This document shows, piece after piece, positions 26,801 to 40,387 of a stretch of 64,000 bases of DNA. How positions within the stretch are numbered: position 1 is the first letter of the stretch; every line of letters starts with the position of its first letter. Both the position numbers and the translations under genes were made by a program. The stretch spans positions 42,662,401 to 42,726,400 of the forward strand of contig CM120641.1 in the NCBI GenBank assembly GCA_051362555.1, in the 5' to 3' direction. A model generated the notes under the pieces. It was not told the origin of the DNA. It worked only from the letters and a program-made list of their open reading frames with translations, and did not search any database. This stretch comes from Lingula anatina (lineage: Eukaryota; Animalia; Brachiopoda).

Positions 26801-29800
26801 TGAAATGGGTAGAGTCGAATCGAGATTAATATTAGTTATTACGCCTAACAAAGGACGTTTGAGTAATCCCTGTATATGGTTTTACCCACATAACCCCCTT
26901 AACGCAATCTTTATTTTCCTTTACATTTTGCAGCGCTTTCCTTAGTTCGTCTTTATCTATGGCGTCGTTCCCGTCTTTATCGCACTCGCGGAGGGCTTGC
27001 CAAAAGTGCATGGCAGCCTCAAATATTCGGTTCCTTTTTCTCTCCGTCTTCAGATATTGATCTACGATGGGACCATTGAATCTAAAAGGGAATATTGATT
27101 GTAATAAAAGAAAGAATGTTAACATCAAAGTCAGACCCTAACAAGCTCTTGTCTTTGATTTATTCACTTCATCAACCATGCATTGCCGAAATCGTTTGTA
27201 AATTAAAAAGTTAAAGAGGTAAGTACTTGGGAATGTCACGATACACTCAAGTAGCCAGAAAGTTTTCTGCCAAGTGCACAGTGGAATAGGTTTATTGTGT
27301 GTGTGAATGGATGGAGCTTCTCCGTCCGCAATCACAACTTTTATTTGACAAAGAATGAGATGATTAATTACCGACAAGTAAATGTAATTAAAAATGTATT
27401 GTATTGCTTTGAAAAGTTTATTTTTAAATAAAACACTTACTTGGCCAGTTTTGTATCTGGTCGGGGGTTTTCAAAGTAAAACTCCGCTTTACCGTCATCG
27501 TCTAGTTTTGTCAGTCTGTTTTCAAACTGATTCTTCATGAACTCCACTTCGTTACCAGAATACTGAGGAAAATGAGGATAAAGCGATAGTTATAATTTTA
27601 CTTTTTTCTCCATTTTCTTTCACTTCAAATTGGAAACTTGAATGTTGTATATAATGTTGCATTTGCCACGACGTGCAGTGATGCATTGCATTGCAATGTG
27701 ATGCAATATGTCCAATTTGTCAAATGATGTTGTATTTGCTATAATGTTCGGATGTTGCCAAGACATGTAAATTAAACGGTTTCTACATCATCCCTTGCGT
27801 TAACATAATGATTGTCAAAGTTACTTACAAGCATCATCCCTAGTGTTTTAGTATTGTGTCCTCCAAACATAAAATGCTGATTTGTCGCTTTGTGTTTTGT
27901 GCTAATATCAAGACGCTTCAAGAAGGAGTCTTTGGGTTTCATAGACAAAAACCAACCTGAAAACGCATAAGAAGTATATATGAGAGTCAAAATACTGATG
28001 ATGATGCACTGTGTCCGTTTTATTCGTCCAAAAGTCGTATAAACGTGTTTCCGCTGCATTCTTTTTTTCAGTTGAATCTAGTGGCAAGGGACCTTAGGGC
28101 TTGGAGTTTTTGTAATCACTTTTATTAATTTTTCATTCGTGTTTACAAAACATCCACTCCTTTGTGGTCAATTCTCAGTTTACTGCGTAGATGGTTGCAG
28201 TACCGGCCTGCAAGGATTTTATTTTAAAGTATTAAGAGCTGGAAGGAGCGGTCGTTGGCGAGGGCCTACACATGAAAGTTGTACTCTTTCAACAAATGCA
28301 CTAGAAAAAACTAACGCGTGCACTTGTTGATTCCTTCCATCAGATCAATATACTACTAAAAAACGACACCTTAAGTGCTGATGCTGATTTTAATTTACGT
28401 ATAAAAATACTACCAAATGTACATCATCTCCACGATACTCCGACAAAAAAATGGTCACTTACCATCAAATACATGTACGGGATAATTACACAGCAACCCA
28501 CCGTCGACGTAAACGTACGTGGTTCCATGTCGCTCAAGTTTAACTGGTTGGAATACACCTGTGAAGTGTAAATGTTCTTAAAAAAAGGTTCCATCTAGTC
28601 TATCTTATATAATATATGACAATATCATATCGCTTTTTATTTTTGCTATCTGTGTCGTATGTGTAATTACTTACGTACTCGCCAAGTGTAAGACGTACAT
28701 GTACATCTTGTAAACGCACATTTATTTCGCGTTAAAACTAATAATGAATAAATAAATAATTAAGTCACAATGATACTAAAATCAAAGCAATAGATGAATG
28801 AATACCCAATCGTATGAGCACAAATATGTAAGACAACAAGCCCAGGCACACGACGTTATTTCGACGTCATGTAAGGGATGCCCATTTTAACGTCACAATA
28901 TCGATTCAGTGTCGTCCTGCCATCAGAGTGACGTTACGAGTTGCTGACGGGACATGAAAGCCTCTTACCCGGTAAAGACATGGACATTCTCACAGCCAGC
29001 GCAATGGACACGTCTGGGGTGGTCTTAGGATGGAAGTATTCTGCCGACATTGTGGTGATGTTGGTGCAGACGACACATAATTCCTTATCAAACTCTTGAT
29101 AAAGCTGAAATAAGAATAAAGAAAAAATTTAATAAAATAGGAAGGACGAAAGAAAATAAGTGTAGCACCGGCATTTCTTGGTGTCTGATGGAAACCCCCA
29201 CAATGCCGCTGCGTTAGGTCTTTCTCAATAATGTAAAGCGTTCCATTTTGCAATAAGGGTTATTTTCCAGGTGAAGAAAAAGCCAGTTTTAGCCCTTTGC
29301 TAATTAAAAGGAATGTTACTAGTTTGAAAAACCTTGCTAACCTCTTCGAATGTAAGGTGTGGGCGTCCAGTTGCCTGCTCCACATAGGACTCTAGCGTCT
29401 GGTGCAGTTTCTTCCCCGGATGCCAGCCATGATGGTAGAATAGATTGTACAGCAAGCCCAGCCTGCCGCTGCGTGAATCTAGGTATAACAGGGAAATCGT
29501 GTATTTCCGACATTGACGGTGCTGCCTTTCATGTTATTTTACATTTGCTGGCAGTAGCATATCTTAACAAATTTCTGTAGGCGCTGTTTTTAGTAATGAA
29601 CTTTGTATCCAACAAGTGAAGTCGGCTATTTCCGAGATATGTGCGTGCGATTTTTATCAGTTTTGTACTAACTTTTCTTGCTATTACATGTAGAAACAAT
29701 TTTATCAAAAACTGCCAAAATGAAACTGTAAGAGGACATTTTTCTATTCTAAAAGACTTTTTATTTATTCTTTTTCATATGACATAAAATGTATACTGGA

Positions 29801-30601
29801 CGCTGCCTCGAAAAATCTGCTTACCCATAAAATTGTCCGCCGAAATATCTCTTTTCATCATGAAAATGATTTCGTCTCCACTATATCCAAGAGCAACAAG
29901 TAAGGCTACGGCAGCCCCAGCACTACTTCCAGCAAAACGTTTGCATTTCCACAGAACTCCAATCTTCTCTAATATCTAGGAGAGTTAAAATCTACATTTA
30001 ATTATTCCGCGGGACAAATTATTGAAATTTGAAACCAGCAGGGCTATTTAGCCCATCTTATAATTTCTTATAACTTCTAATCGCACTAACCCCAATATAT
30101 ATGCACTATATGATAACTTTCACTTTTATATAAACCCTTAATTATTATTGTGGCTATAATGCAAGGGCTTTTTGACTTTTTTGAGCGGCTGATGCTTTTC
30201 TTTAAAATGAACAAGTGCATGATGGTACATGTACGTGTAGGGGGAAACAGAAGACCGAAAAACAGACCACTTGTTACCTTAACTGCTCCTCCATACGCAA
30301 TTCCTTTATTCCCTCCTCCCTCGAAGGCAAGGTTTTCAAAATCAAAGTCATACTTTTTCAATATTTTTATGATTGACTCATACTCTTCGAAAAGTTTTGA
30401 TTTCCTCTTTTTCGTTCCGTTCTGAAGTGTCAAAGAGACACCCCAGTTTTCGTCGCTGCTGGAACCCAAACGGACTGGAATACGTGGATCAACTCGCTGG
30501 GGACGTCTGAAAATAGGAAAAATATACCCAGGAATAAGATGGGACATAGAGTATACATAGGTATATTGGGTCCATAAACAGACCAAACATTATTACTTCA
30601 T
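20887..30601 (-). CDS. Patatin-like phospholipase with two EF-hands, ~532 aa. Exons (descending) 30601-30597 (tentative start), 30506-30278, 29975-29825, 29478-29342, 29104-28969, 28558-28463, 27956-27829, 27562-27441, 27081-26925, 26626-26531, 21793-21635, 21319-21224, 20973-20887
   Basis: FEGGGNKG oxyanion loop, GSSAG nucleophile, VRMSMSLPG, YVDGG catalytic Asp; EF loops DKDGNDAIDKDE and DTNKDGS|INWQE; C-terminal RTIGINTDYV..TDF motif; all splice phases consistent. Start exon and the donor at 26925 are less certain. Confidence 0.88.
22288..22342. repeat. Perfect 11-bp inverted repeat with inner stem; resembles a truncated Helentron/DINE-type 5' end
   Basis: ctccctaccct...agggtagggag enclosing aacgca-cgagt-tgcgtt, preceded by ttttata. 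Confidence 0.45.
23352..25978 (+). CDS. Helical-repeat (TPR-like) protein with C-terminal J-domain-like HPD motif, 439 aa; nested in the 21794-26530 intron of the patatin gene. Exons 23352-24036, 24336-24448, 25313-25454, 25599-25978
   Basis: WRREGNKLY, SSAHKNIGMASW, EAIALSRLGSVY TPR-like helices; KKVLLKAIQHYHPDRQ...LCEEITKYLTAKYE J-like end; 1320 nt, phases 1,0,1 consistent. Confidence 0.85.
24753..25278. mobile_element. MITE with ~95-bp TIRs whose right TIR is interrupted by a second MITE
   Basis: Left gagggcattcagaacaagttggtctgcggactaacagatccgcggatc...; right ...gatccgcggatatgtta[insert]ctccgcagatcagcttgttcagaatgctctc. Confidence 0.85.
25019..25244. mobile_element. PIF/Harbinger-type MITE, TTA TSD, ~39-bp TIRs
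   Basis: ggccgcattcacatcgagttgagctatggctcttcaaag ... ctttgtagagccatggctcaactcgatgtgaatgagacc; TTA at 25016-25018 and 25245-25247. Confidence 0.88.
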
Positions 30602-31339
30602 TTTTAAATTTTTCTTAAAAGAAAAATAAGGAAAGTTGCGGGGAGATCGATTAGTAGACCATCGCTCTAGGATGCTAAACAATAGATTTGTATGCAGTAG
30701 TACCGGAGGAAGTTAGATCCAGGCCCAGAGACATCAATTAACCTACATATTTTTCTTTCTAGTGCATGTGGTTATATCATACAATAGCACTATGCAGGAA
30801 GACCCTAGTGGTATTGGCAAACAGAGTTATTCAGGTGGTCAAATGCACCTGTTATGCAGCATATAAGACAGTCTGACAGTAAAGCAGATAAATATGTCAA
30901 AAATAGACAAATGGGTCTAATATATTATATTACATAATTAGCTCTTATGCCCGTCGTCAGCTCAGCACTATTCCACCAATCCAACAAAGCTGAGCAATAA
31001 TCATAAACAAATGATATTTATGATAACTAAAGCTGACAACTATGGATATCCAAAAGTTATCCGTGGTGATTTGGGCCACAGTACGTCGAGTGACAACGTG
31101 TACAATGGACGGTCGCTGCAACAAAGATAAGTATACCTTCCCTAGGACACATTAGCATTCCGGCACAAACCCAAAGCACCCAATATATTGCATAATGGGA
31201 GTACACAGTCAAATTATGGGATAGGTCAGATATAAATATCACTCTCGGAAGTTTTCATGCTGAACTTGATCAAGACAGATTCACGGCTGTGAAACTCGCC
31301 CACTGTCTCTCGGTACTTTGTACGCAAAGGAAGCAAACC

Positions 31340-31341
<2 letters not shown>

Positions 31342-31408
<67 letters not shown>
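31342..31408. repeat. Compound (GT)n(GA)n microsatellite
   Basis: Direct read. Confidence 0.95.
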
Positions 31409-31409
<1 letters not shown>

Positions 31410-33799
31410 ATTCAGAAAAAAATAGCATGGGGGGTGGGTGAATTCGCCATAGCCCCCATACTTCCTTCGCTTACGAATGAAGTATTTGCAAAGAGTGGAG
31501 GCTAAAGGCCTTCATTTCACCCGGCCACATGTTTGTGCATTGTAGCCAATGTCGTAGGTAAGTAAAAATTCTGTAGTATTTTCCCAGGATCGGTCATTAT
31601 CCTTCAGATCCTGTCTCCTCGGTGCAACTCAAATAGAGGGCCTACAACGATCTAAAACTATCCCTCTGCGACCACAGTGCCACAAAACAATTTATGCACA
31701 AACTGAAGGCCAAACGAAGAGTATATATGGGGCTTATGTGTGCACATAGCCAGAACAACGCATCTTGGCCTGCCTGCATGACTCGGTATTTGACACTTCT
31801 CGGTCAACACATTTAATTCGACTGGCGTATTCAATAAGAGCGTAATAATATATGGCACTCTTTATTCAGAATTATCTCAGATGATAACAATTCTGAGTCT
31901 TGACTCGGTGGGTGTGTCCTATTGCTATAGCTGTGTTTTTGTCATCATTGATTAATAAAAAAGGGCTTAATCATACTTGTAACAAAAGAAAATAGGTTAA
32001 CCATGGACTACGCATCTTAACCTTGAGGTACACCCCAAGAGCACAAACGGGGCTTAATTCATGTAGAAACCCGATACCTGGGCCAGTCCCGACCAGTCCA
32101 TGTGTTGTACCTCCCACTGATGATATTTATTGCTCACATAAGCAACAATGATAACAACCGTCCACTACTGGTGTGTTATACAAATATAAACAGCTCCACA
32201 AGTCCGCTGCTCTGTGGGTGGAGTGTAAATATGGTCTACGGCCAGTAGACGTGGTAATCAATATAAGAGATTTTATACCTAGTTAATGGTGGTTAACACT
32301 TATGTAGGCTATTCTTTACAAGATCGTGTGTACGGGTCTTTAACTAAATCATGACGGTGTGGTGTTGTTCTTCACACAACGAGTTACCTGAGGTCGTGCC
32401 TAAACTGTCGACATATTCAACTACATACCTCCATAAACTTGTGACTATTCCTCGTACCAATTCGAACAAACACGGCACCAATACAATCATTGTTCATATG
32501 GCGTACAGTCCAGCGTGGTCAACTTTATGTGAGTGACCACCTTTCAGTTCCACGGCGTCTCCTGCGTGTCCGTTTCACTCGTGTCTCCACATAACAGGTC
32601 ATACAGGTTAATAAAGAGACTGACGGCCCGATTGATCCCTCAGGAATCGATCGATTACGCAGGTTCGATCCATACTCCTACATCATTCACACAGTAGCCG
32701 GAGTCAATTTAACCGCTTATCATTCAGTTCAGTAGCCGCACCTGTGGTGAACAATTCTTCTGTCCGAACGGTCTATACACATTCAAATGTTAACATGTAT
32801 GCGATGCCATTAATAACTGAGAGAGGTCGGCAACGCGCGTAGTGTCCGAGTGTTTACTTTGTGGCCGCATCTGCTATATCTGGGTCACGCCAGGTAATCG
32901 TAGTCAAGGGAGGCCTCGCAGTGACCACTCTGGCGTCACCACGCAATGTAAATCGTGAGTTCCAGTGGGGTTGTTACCTGAACTAGCACTTATAGGTTAA
33001 GAAAAGTAATTTTTTACTTGAAAAGAACATCGCAGAAACAAGACCAAAAGATATGGTTTATGACCATGGCTATATTCTCTCCTCCATCCTCAAAGTAAAA
33101 CAGAATATAAATAAATAATGAACTGTGTAATTAGCTTACAGGATGTCATGCCAAACTCGCATCAAATTATTTCCACGAGTGGATAATATACCAGTAGTTC
33201 TGAACATGTAATATGGTAGATATCTGGTATATGTTTACGGTACAAATTTATAGTATCTCATTTTTGATTTATGAAACACTCTCATAATGCAGATTAATTG
33301 AGACTGGTGAACTATTGTAATTTTCTTAACAGTTGTAGATAGGGTATACCTTGGCTATAAGGTAAAGTAGTGAATTTTCCAAAAAATTTTTTTGATATAT
33401 AAATCTAACGCGCTTGGTATCTCTTTAAATGATTTCAGTATTTGATTCAAGCAATGAGGTACATTATTGTTCCCAGTGACTAAAGCACAATTTTCATAAA
33501 CCTCATTCTCTCTCATCTAACACAATCGCATTGAGACCATCACCCTTGAGAACTTGTTATAATGTAGGATAGGTCATTGTTTTTTGTCGCTCATCTCCGC
33601 TATCGCACTGAATAATGTTATTTTTCAATACGATAGCAATGGTTTGATACATATGCTCTTTATCCTTATCCATTCAAGGAACACCAAGTTAGAAAAATAA
33701 TAATAATTAACAAACGTAATATTTTCCTTAAAGAATTAAATGTTAATAAAATCTTTTTTTCGCATTTGCCACTTATAATACGAAACACTAATGTACAAA

Positions 33800-34340
33800 T
33801 GACGGCAGAAACACAAGAGGATTAAACAATAAAAAATGCGTTTGGTCAAATGAAAACCATCAGAACCCATATCAATAGAAACAAGAAAGAGACTCAAACA
33901 ATACTTCATAGATCCTATAGCAATAAACGGGTGCGTAACATGCTCATCAATAAGAAAGTAAAGAAGAAACTTTCGGTAGAGATGTGGTTCTTGAGAAGGA
34001 TAATGCGTGTACATGGACAGTCAAGAGAGAAGACATGAAACTGTCTGATCACAAAGGAATCAAATTACCTACCAACCGCACCCTCCTAGATAAAATCAGA
34101 AAAAGAAAAGTCACTTTTTATAACACAAAATGTGAATACGTGGCATAAAATAACTGGTAACATCGGGAAATTTGGACGGAATAAGTAACACAAGAAGACA
34201 AAAATAGCAGACAACTGTTCTCAGTGGATGGAACATATTCAGATGATAGACATGCTGAGAGGTTTAGGTGTGAGTTACCAGGACAAGCTTGATGTAAGAT
34301 GAAAGAGGTGTGGAAGGGATGAGATGAAACACAGCACATG
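33800..34340 (+). mobile_element. Decayed 3' fragment of an RTE-type LINE
   Basis: Frameshifted translations EMWFLRRIMRVHG, RTLLDKIRKRKVTF, VTSGNLDG match the C-terminal region typical of RTE-clade reverse transcriptase ORFs. Confidence 0.65.
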
Positions 34341-35600
34341 ATGCATGATGAAATGGAAGGCGCAAAACAAAAATTTTCTCGAATTTTCTCCACTTCATTT
34401 AAACACAACATGATACAATTATATGAAAATTACATTTGCTCTCTAAGAATAAGGATTCGATTCGGCTATTGAACCATAGAGACCATCAAAGATAATTTCA
34501 GTTTGTTACATTTACCATGCTGTGTTGTTTGTCTGCAGCTAAAAATTGTGAAGCCCACATACGGTAAAAACCTATGAAAGAAAATAAAAGACAGTGAGAG
34601 AATGAGATGTGTCATTTAGTTATTTTTATCTCGGAGTTCACGTGCCATTTACTTCTCCCCCAAGACTAGTGACATACAAACATGGAGGACCTGATTAACA
34701 TTAATCATATGATTACGTTGTCATTTCATGAGCAGGCACATGCATGCAACTTCTTTATCTGGTAAGCTGTTGCCCCCACAGTACTAGTCCCACGTACAGA
34801 GGTGGACGGGATGAAAATCTAATTTTACTTTGCTAAGGCGCTCAAAGGAAAAAAAGCAAAACATGGATAATAACAATTAGGCCTACTATCACGGGGCTCG
34901 TTACAATAAGTGTCATTCTTTTCAAACAGGTAACCTGCTTCTGTCGCGTTACCTTAATTGCCATTTCTTTGTCAGTGTTTACTATGCTTCTTCTTTAACT
35001 CACCTGAGATCAGGTGACGTCACCCCCACCCACCTGCCATATTCAAAGCCGCAGCGCATTCCCGGCTTAATACGCATGCGTCACAGTTAACACTTTCAAA
35101 CTGTCATGCCTGTGATAGCTATTAATAGGCGGGATTAAGTGGAACAGTCGCGGATCTAATACATATCGGTCAGATACTTCCAATATTCAAAGGTAAGATA
35201 TGGTGATTATGAAGTGAAAGTTTTTAAAAATGTGCTCGTAAAGACGACAAGACGAAGTTCTGCGTCACCAGGTGTGCCTCTGCCGTTTTACCTGTAGCTT
35301 ACAGGTGAATGGTAATGGCCGAGCTCAGTTGTTGATAAGGCGGGCACAGGATGTAGGATATTCATAGCAAAGGTCGCATAGAATAGTTTATTTCTAATTG
35401 TTTCTTTAAAACTTGTTCAGGGATTGATTCTAAGGTCACTTAATACCCTACCCTAACCTGAACCAGGTATGTCAGAACGACATTAAATGTAGATCACGTG
35501 ATCCTTAAATAGTTGCTTGGCTGAGTAATATCAAATATGGTTGACCATTTGACCTGATTTGCCACTCCAGGTGTGTTAACGCCACGAGACATAAGCAAAG

Positions 35601-36410
35601 ATGAGCACCAGCGGGACCAGCACGCCCAGGAGGGCCCCTAGTATGGACAGGTCAATCCATAGCGTCGGAGGAACGCGTTCACTTCACAGTGTGGCCAGTA
35701 CAACCCACCCGGTGCCGTATGTTAGTGACAATTTCTTGGATAAACTTAACGCGGCGGCGTTTGGAGCTGGAAAGACGTTTTGCATGTACGCAATAGTCGC
35801 AGCTATTTTCTGTACCCTCTTTTTCATCACCGGAGTCACCCTCCTAGGAATGTTTCTCACTGGATACCTCTTTAACTTCACACTGGAGTGGGTCATCGCA
35901 GTCTTCTTCGTGCTCTTCGCCGTCTCATTAGCATTAGTCATCTATTTTTACTCCAAAGCCAGAGTTAAAAGTTCGTCGGGAAGAAGAAACGTCAAGGTAA
36001 ATATAATACACTTGATTTTCATCACCACTTTGACGTATTTTGAAGTGGTCAACTTTTATTGCACGTCACACCCATATCGCACAGGTCATAAGTACCTCGT
36101 ACAAATAGTGTGTATATACATATTCTCCATTTTATCAGCGCAGGTGTCAAAATAGTTGCTAGTGTGTATTAACTAATTATTTAATCTCGCGACCCATATA
36201 GTACGACTTTCTGGTCCTTTGAGCATGACCTGACATTAATGTGACTTGAAATAACCTGACGACAACAATATGTATGTGTCCCCAGTGTACGTGAGCCCCT
36301 TCCTGAATGTTATTGGCTTAGTGTCTGTGCTTTTAGCATGCAACTAGAATCCCGTTTGAATAAAATAAATACTGTACAAAGTATGTCCAAATTTGAACAC
36401 ACACACACAA

Positions 36411-36462
<52 letters not shown>

Positions 36463-39400
36463 ACAGGTTTGTAGTTGATATATAGGTGCTGAGTTACAGA
36501 CTTTGGATAACATTTTACTTTGGGTTATATTACATATTTTTTGTTTAACCCTTTAAATCATATTAAATGTGGTACTCCATTGTGTTTCACAAAAGTTAAT
36601 ATGGCTCTGTTGGAACTGTGGAAACTGCCAATACTTAAGAATTTCAATGAAGGCAGTGGCACAGAAACATATAATTATTATTATAAAGATAAAGATTAGG
36701 ACTGACCTAGCTGTTAATCCTGGCAATTTATAAAGGACATAGACTGCTGAATTTCCTCTGTGTATATTTCTTATCGATTAATCTAATTAATGCAAAACAT
36801 TCTGTGTATTTAATGACATAGATATATAAGACATGTCGGCCATCACGAAAGTCTACATAGACCTGGTTATAAACGTTGACCACAGTAGCAACGCATTCGG
36901 CCCCATTGTCTCCCTGATATTTGTATAGTATGATATGGCAAGGACCATTCATTATAAAGCCAGACGGAAAAGTCACCAGATTAAATTGATGGGCTAGTGG
37001 TCAACGCCCGCGGTTTTATAACAGATAAGGTGTGTGTTTCATCCCTGTGTATTCAATGGGCGCAGTGATAACATTCCGAGTCTTAGTCTCTTCACACTAA
37101 CAAAAAGATAGGGCGGTGAACGAATGGCAGTTGTCCTACATGCATTCATAATAACATCACAAACGTGTTGTATAATTTTTTTTACCGATCATTTACCATA
37201 AAACCCAGTGAAGAAATCTTGGAATAAGTAGAGATATAGACATATACCTGACTGATTATTGCCTTGAAAACTTGCGACGTAAAAATAATTGTTTTATGAG
37301 AACCACAATAGAGGTCGAAAGCAAATAGAGCACGGTACTCTGAATATCAGAATACCGACAGTGACTTTGCTCTGTACATTATGAACTTGTGATTACCGAC
37401 AGCTGTGCGACAGCTCAAGACATACATGCAGAAGAGAGTTTCCATTTTTTACTCTGAAACTCAGGGTAGGCATGTAGATTTTAGCGAGATTTTAGTGGGC
37501 CGAGGGAGCGTATTGGGCCTGTGATTCATTTGGTGTGTTGTACATTAGGTGGGGTAAGGGCGAGGGGCAGAAGGAATGCTGCCTACACCACCCAAAACTG
37601 AATCATTTCACCGAGATTCAGGTATTGGACATCTGCTATCATTGGGAAGACTGAAAATTAATAAATGATATCTAATATTCGTCCTACCTACTTTCAATTT
37701 CTCTTACTTGGGCCTACCTACGATTGTCGAAAATCCCTCTGCTCCTTCTCATCGACAAAACAAAATGAAGGCGTAATTTATATGGCATGATAGAAGTAAA
37801 CAATAATTCACCAGGCAAATCCATGTAACTTACAGGTACCTTTAAAATGGGACATATCTACATGTTTTCACCCTGTTTTTTGCTTTACAAAAAATGAAAA
37901 TGAACTGCGTAAGAGCTGTCACAACTGCCCTCTTTACTATACAGTGTTTAAATGTAAACGAATGATTATACAGTCAGTACTACAGCGTGAGAACTGAATT
38001 TGAAATTGTAATTAATGTGACGGGTAAGCTTATTTGAATTAGGAAAAAATCGTTGTTGACCCACGCTCATAAATCAGGTGTTAATTTGCCTGAAAAGATC
38101 GTTATGACGGTTGAACATAAAATTTTGAGATTCTCTGTATGGATTCGACCAATAGCCTATATTTCAATATCCCAAAACCTGTACTATTTCATAATATGGA
38201 AAGGCCTTGGCTGTCGGGTGGTTAACGGAGAAGTTTGATTATAATTTGATTTCATTTCAACTTTTCTTATCGAAATGAAAAGTTAAATATCACCTAAGCC
38301 GGCTGTGCAGTGATACTACTTTAAAATGGGGAAATGATCATACTTCCTTACTATTTAAAATCCCCACTCCTTACACCATTTGTAATTGTATATGAGGTAA
38401 CAGTGACTGTTTGCCATCATTGACATTTTCTGCTTTTTTTTAACCGTGAAAATTCATTTCACGACAACGGTCGTTTAAATGAGAAACATGAATCTACTTA
38501 TGGCATAAATGGAGATAAAGAGTAAAAGAAGTTTTAGGCATCAATGGTTTTGTTTTATGGCCCTTATCGGAAGACGTAAAACCATACATCCGTGATGAAA
38601 TCAACGACAATATGCTGGAATGACTTGCAATTGAGAGTCAACTTTTAGGCCTGCCTGTGTCTTTGTGAGACCACCCTTAGCATACAAGACACTTGGAGAT
38701 ATCCTGGACTTTCTTTAAGCACAGGCCCAGTCACACATAAGAACTTTTGAACCAGAATGTGTAACTAACTGAAGACCGAAACATATAGTCTGTGTTTTCC
38801 AAATTTTAATTGATACCTAGCCTTTTAAAGTCAGTAAAGTGAGAAATGATAATTGTTTTAGGCGATGGGTGCTTTATTTCAGTGAACTATTACTAATTCG
38901 TCACAGTTCGCAATAAACGAAAGTCGTCTGTTTGAGAGTGATGACCAGCTTTCGACATTAGTTATTTTATGACACAGACCACAGCAAAAGTCACCTTCAA
39001 GTGAAACGGACAAATCTCCATGTTGTGCAATAACTCTAACATCGATATCTTAGATAAGAACAAAAGGTCAGAGATATTGGATCAGCCTATTTGAAAAGTT
39101 CTATAAATAAGGCGTCTTCTAGGCTTATCAGCTTTCAGCTTGTATGAGTTTTATTGGTCAGAATGGCGTCTGACTTAATATGGATTTGAAAAAAAAATTG
39201 TTTCTTGAATGTAGAGTATCATTATTTTAGTGTTTCAAAGTCATACTATGACACGCGCGTAATGAAACTTATCTAAGGAAAGGGTTTAAGTCCAAGTGCC
39301 CAGAATAATTATATATAAAAGAATAATCAAGTTCTTTCACCAGTGAAAAGTGATCTTCACTGAATATTTAAATCATCCCTCAAGAATATAATCAAGGTTT

Positions 39401-40387
39401 AATAAACGACGTTGCACCGGAGCTGCCTGCAGATAACACGATCGCGCCGATGCATTGTGTGTTGCATCAAATAAAATCCAAGAGTTATTTACAAATTCAC
39501 AAAAGCAAGCATTCCATAAATAGAAACAGGGTTCACTTAACTGTAAAAAGAAATAAGCTCAACACATAAAGTCTTTGTCGAAAGAAGTGGGGCATAATGT
39601 TTAATATATACTTTGGGGTATGCATGTACATCGTAAACATTTGGGTTGTTTTGTGGTTTCTTTATAAACTATTTTCGTGTGCAATGCCTGAAATCACAAA
39701 TGCTTTCGACAAAGAGCATTTTACATGTTCAAAACATATTTTGAATAATAAGGTATTTATTCAGTAACTGTGTTTGTTTAATTTCAGTTCCGTGCCGCGG
39801 GAGATCACCAAGTTTCCGTTGTCAACGTTGGGTATGAAAACGACACTCAAAAAGACGAGTAAGTACAACTGATCTTTTACAAAAAATAATGTTCAGCTTA
39901 ATGCTGTTTCTAACTAAAATATTAGTTTCCTAAAGATCAACTTTGATCATTTTTAACTTCAGAGAGAATTTTTGAATTTACAACGTTCTTATTGTTTTGA
40001 TCTGATCAAAAGAATCATTGTTTTGTATTACTGTTAACTGTGATCAGTAACCAACACCTTGAGTCGAGAAGGAAACTAATAACTCACCTTTTATCAGTAT
40101 ACTCATTTACTGGAACTTGAAGAGACACGCAGATACCCGAAACTCAAGTTGAAACCAAATGCACAACAATTTAATTTATTTCGTGTTTCAGTGATTTGGT
40201 GTCAGGGAAAGTGACTAATAAAGCCGTTCTACACGTGGACGCCCCATACGAACAGAAGAGAGCTCAAAAGTATCGCAAGGCCGGCCAGCCAGGCTCTAGG
40301 ACCAGGAGCGAGTCCAGCCAAATCAGCGGCGATTCCCTTGACCGACCGCCATCCTACCGCGAGCAAGCTATGGTGAATGCTGTATAG
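35601..40387 (+). CDS. Uncharacterised two-TM protein with cytoplasmic PPxY motif, ~220 aa. Exons 35601-35996, 39788-39858, 40192-40387 (non-coding exon probably ends at 35192)
   Basis: Two hydrophobic segments (CMYAIVAAIFCTLFFITGVTLLGMFL; WVIAVFFVLFAVSLALVIYFY); phases 0 and 2 join to ...NVGYEND...DRPPSYREQAMVNAV-stop; AATAAA near 42298. Confidence 0.8.
36397..36458. repeat. Compound (CA)n(GA)n microsatellite
   Basis: Direct read. Confidence 0.95.

Noticed and set aside
31410-31560. Plus-strand AG|GTAAGT donor suggesting an antisense exon (similarly at ~9103)
   Set aside because: No partner acceptor or ORF can be supported from sequence alone
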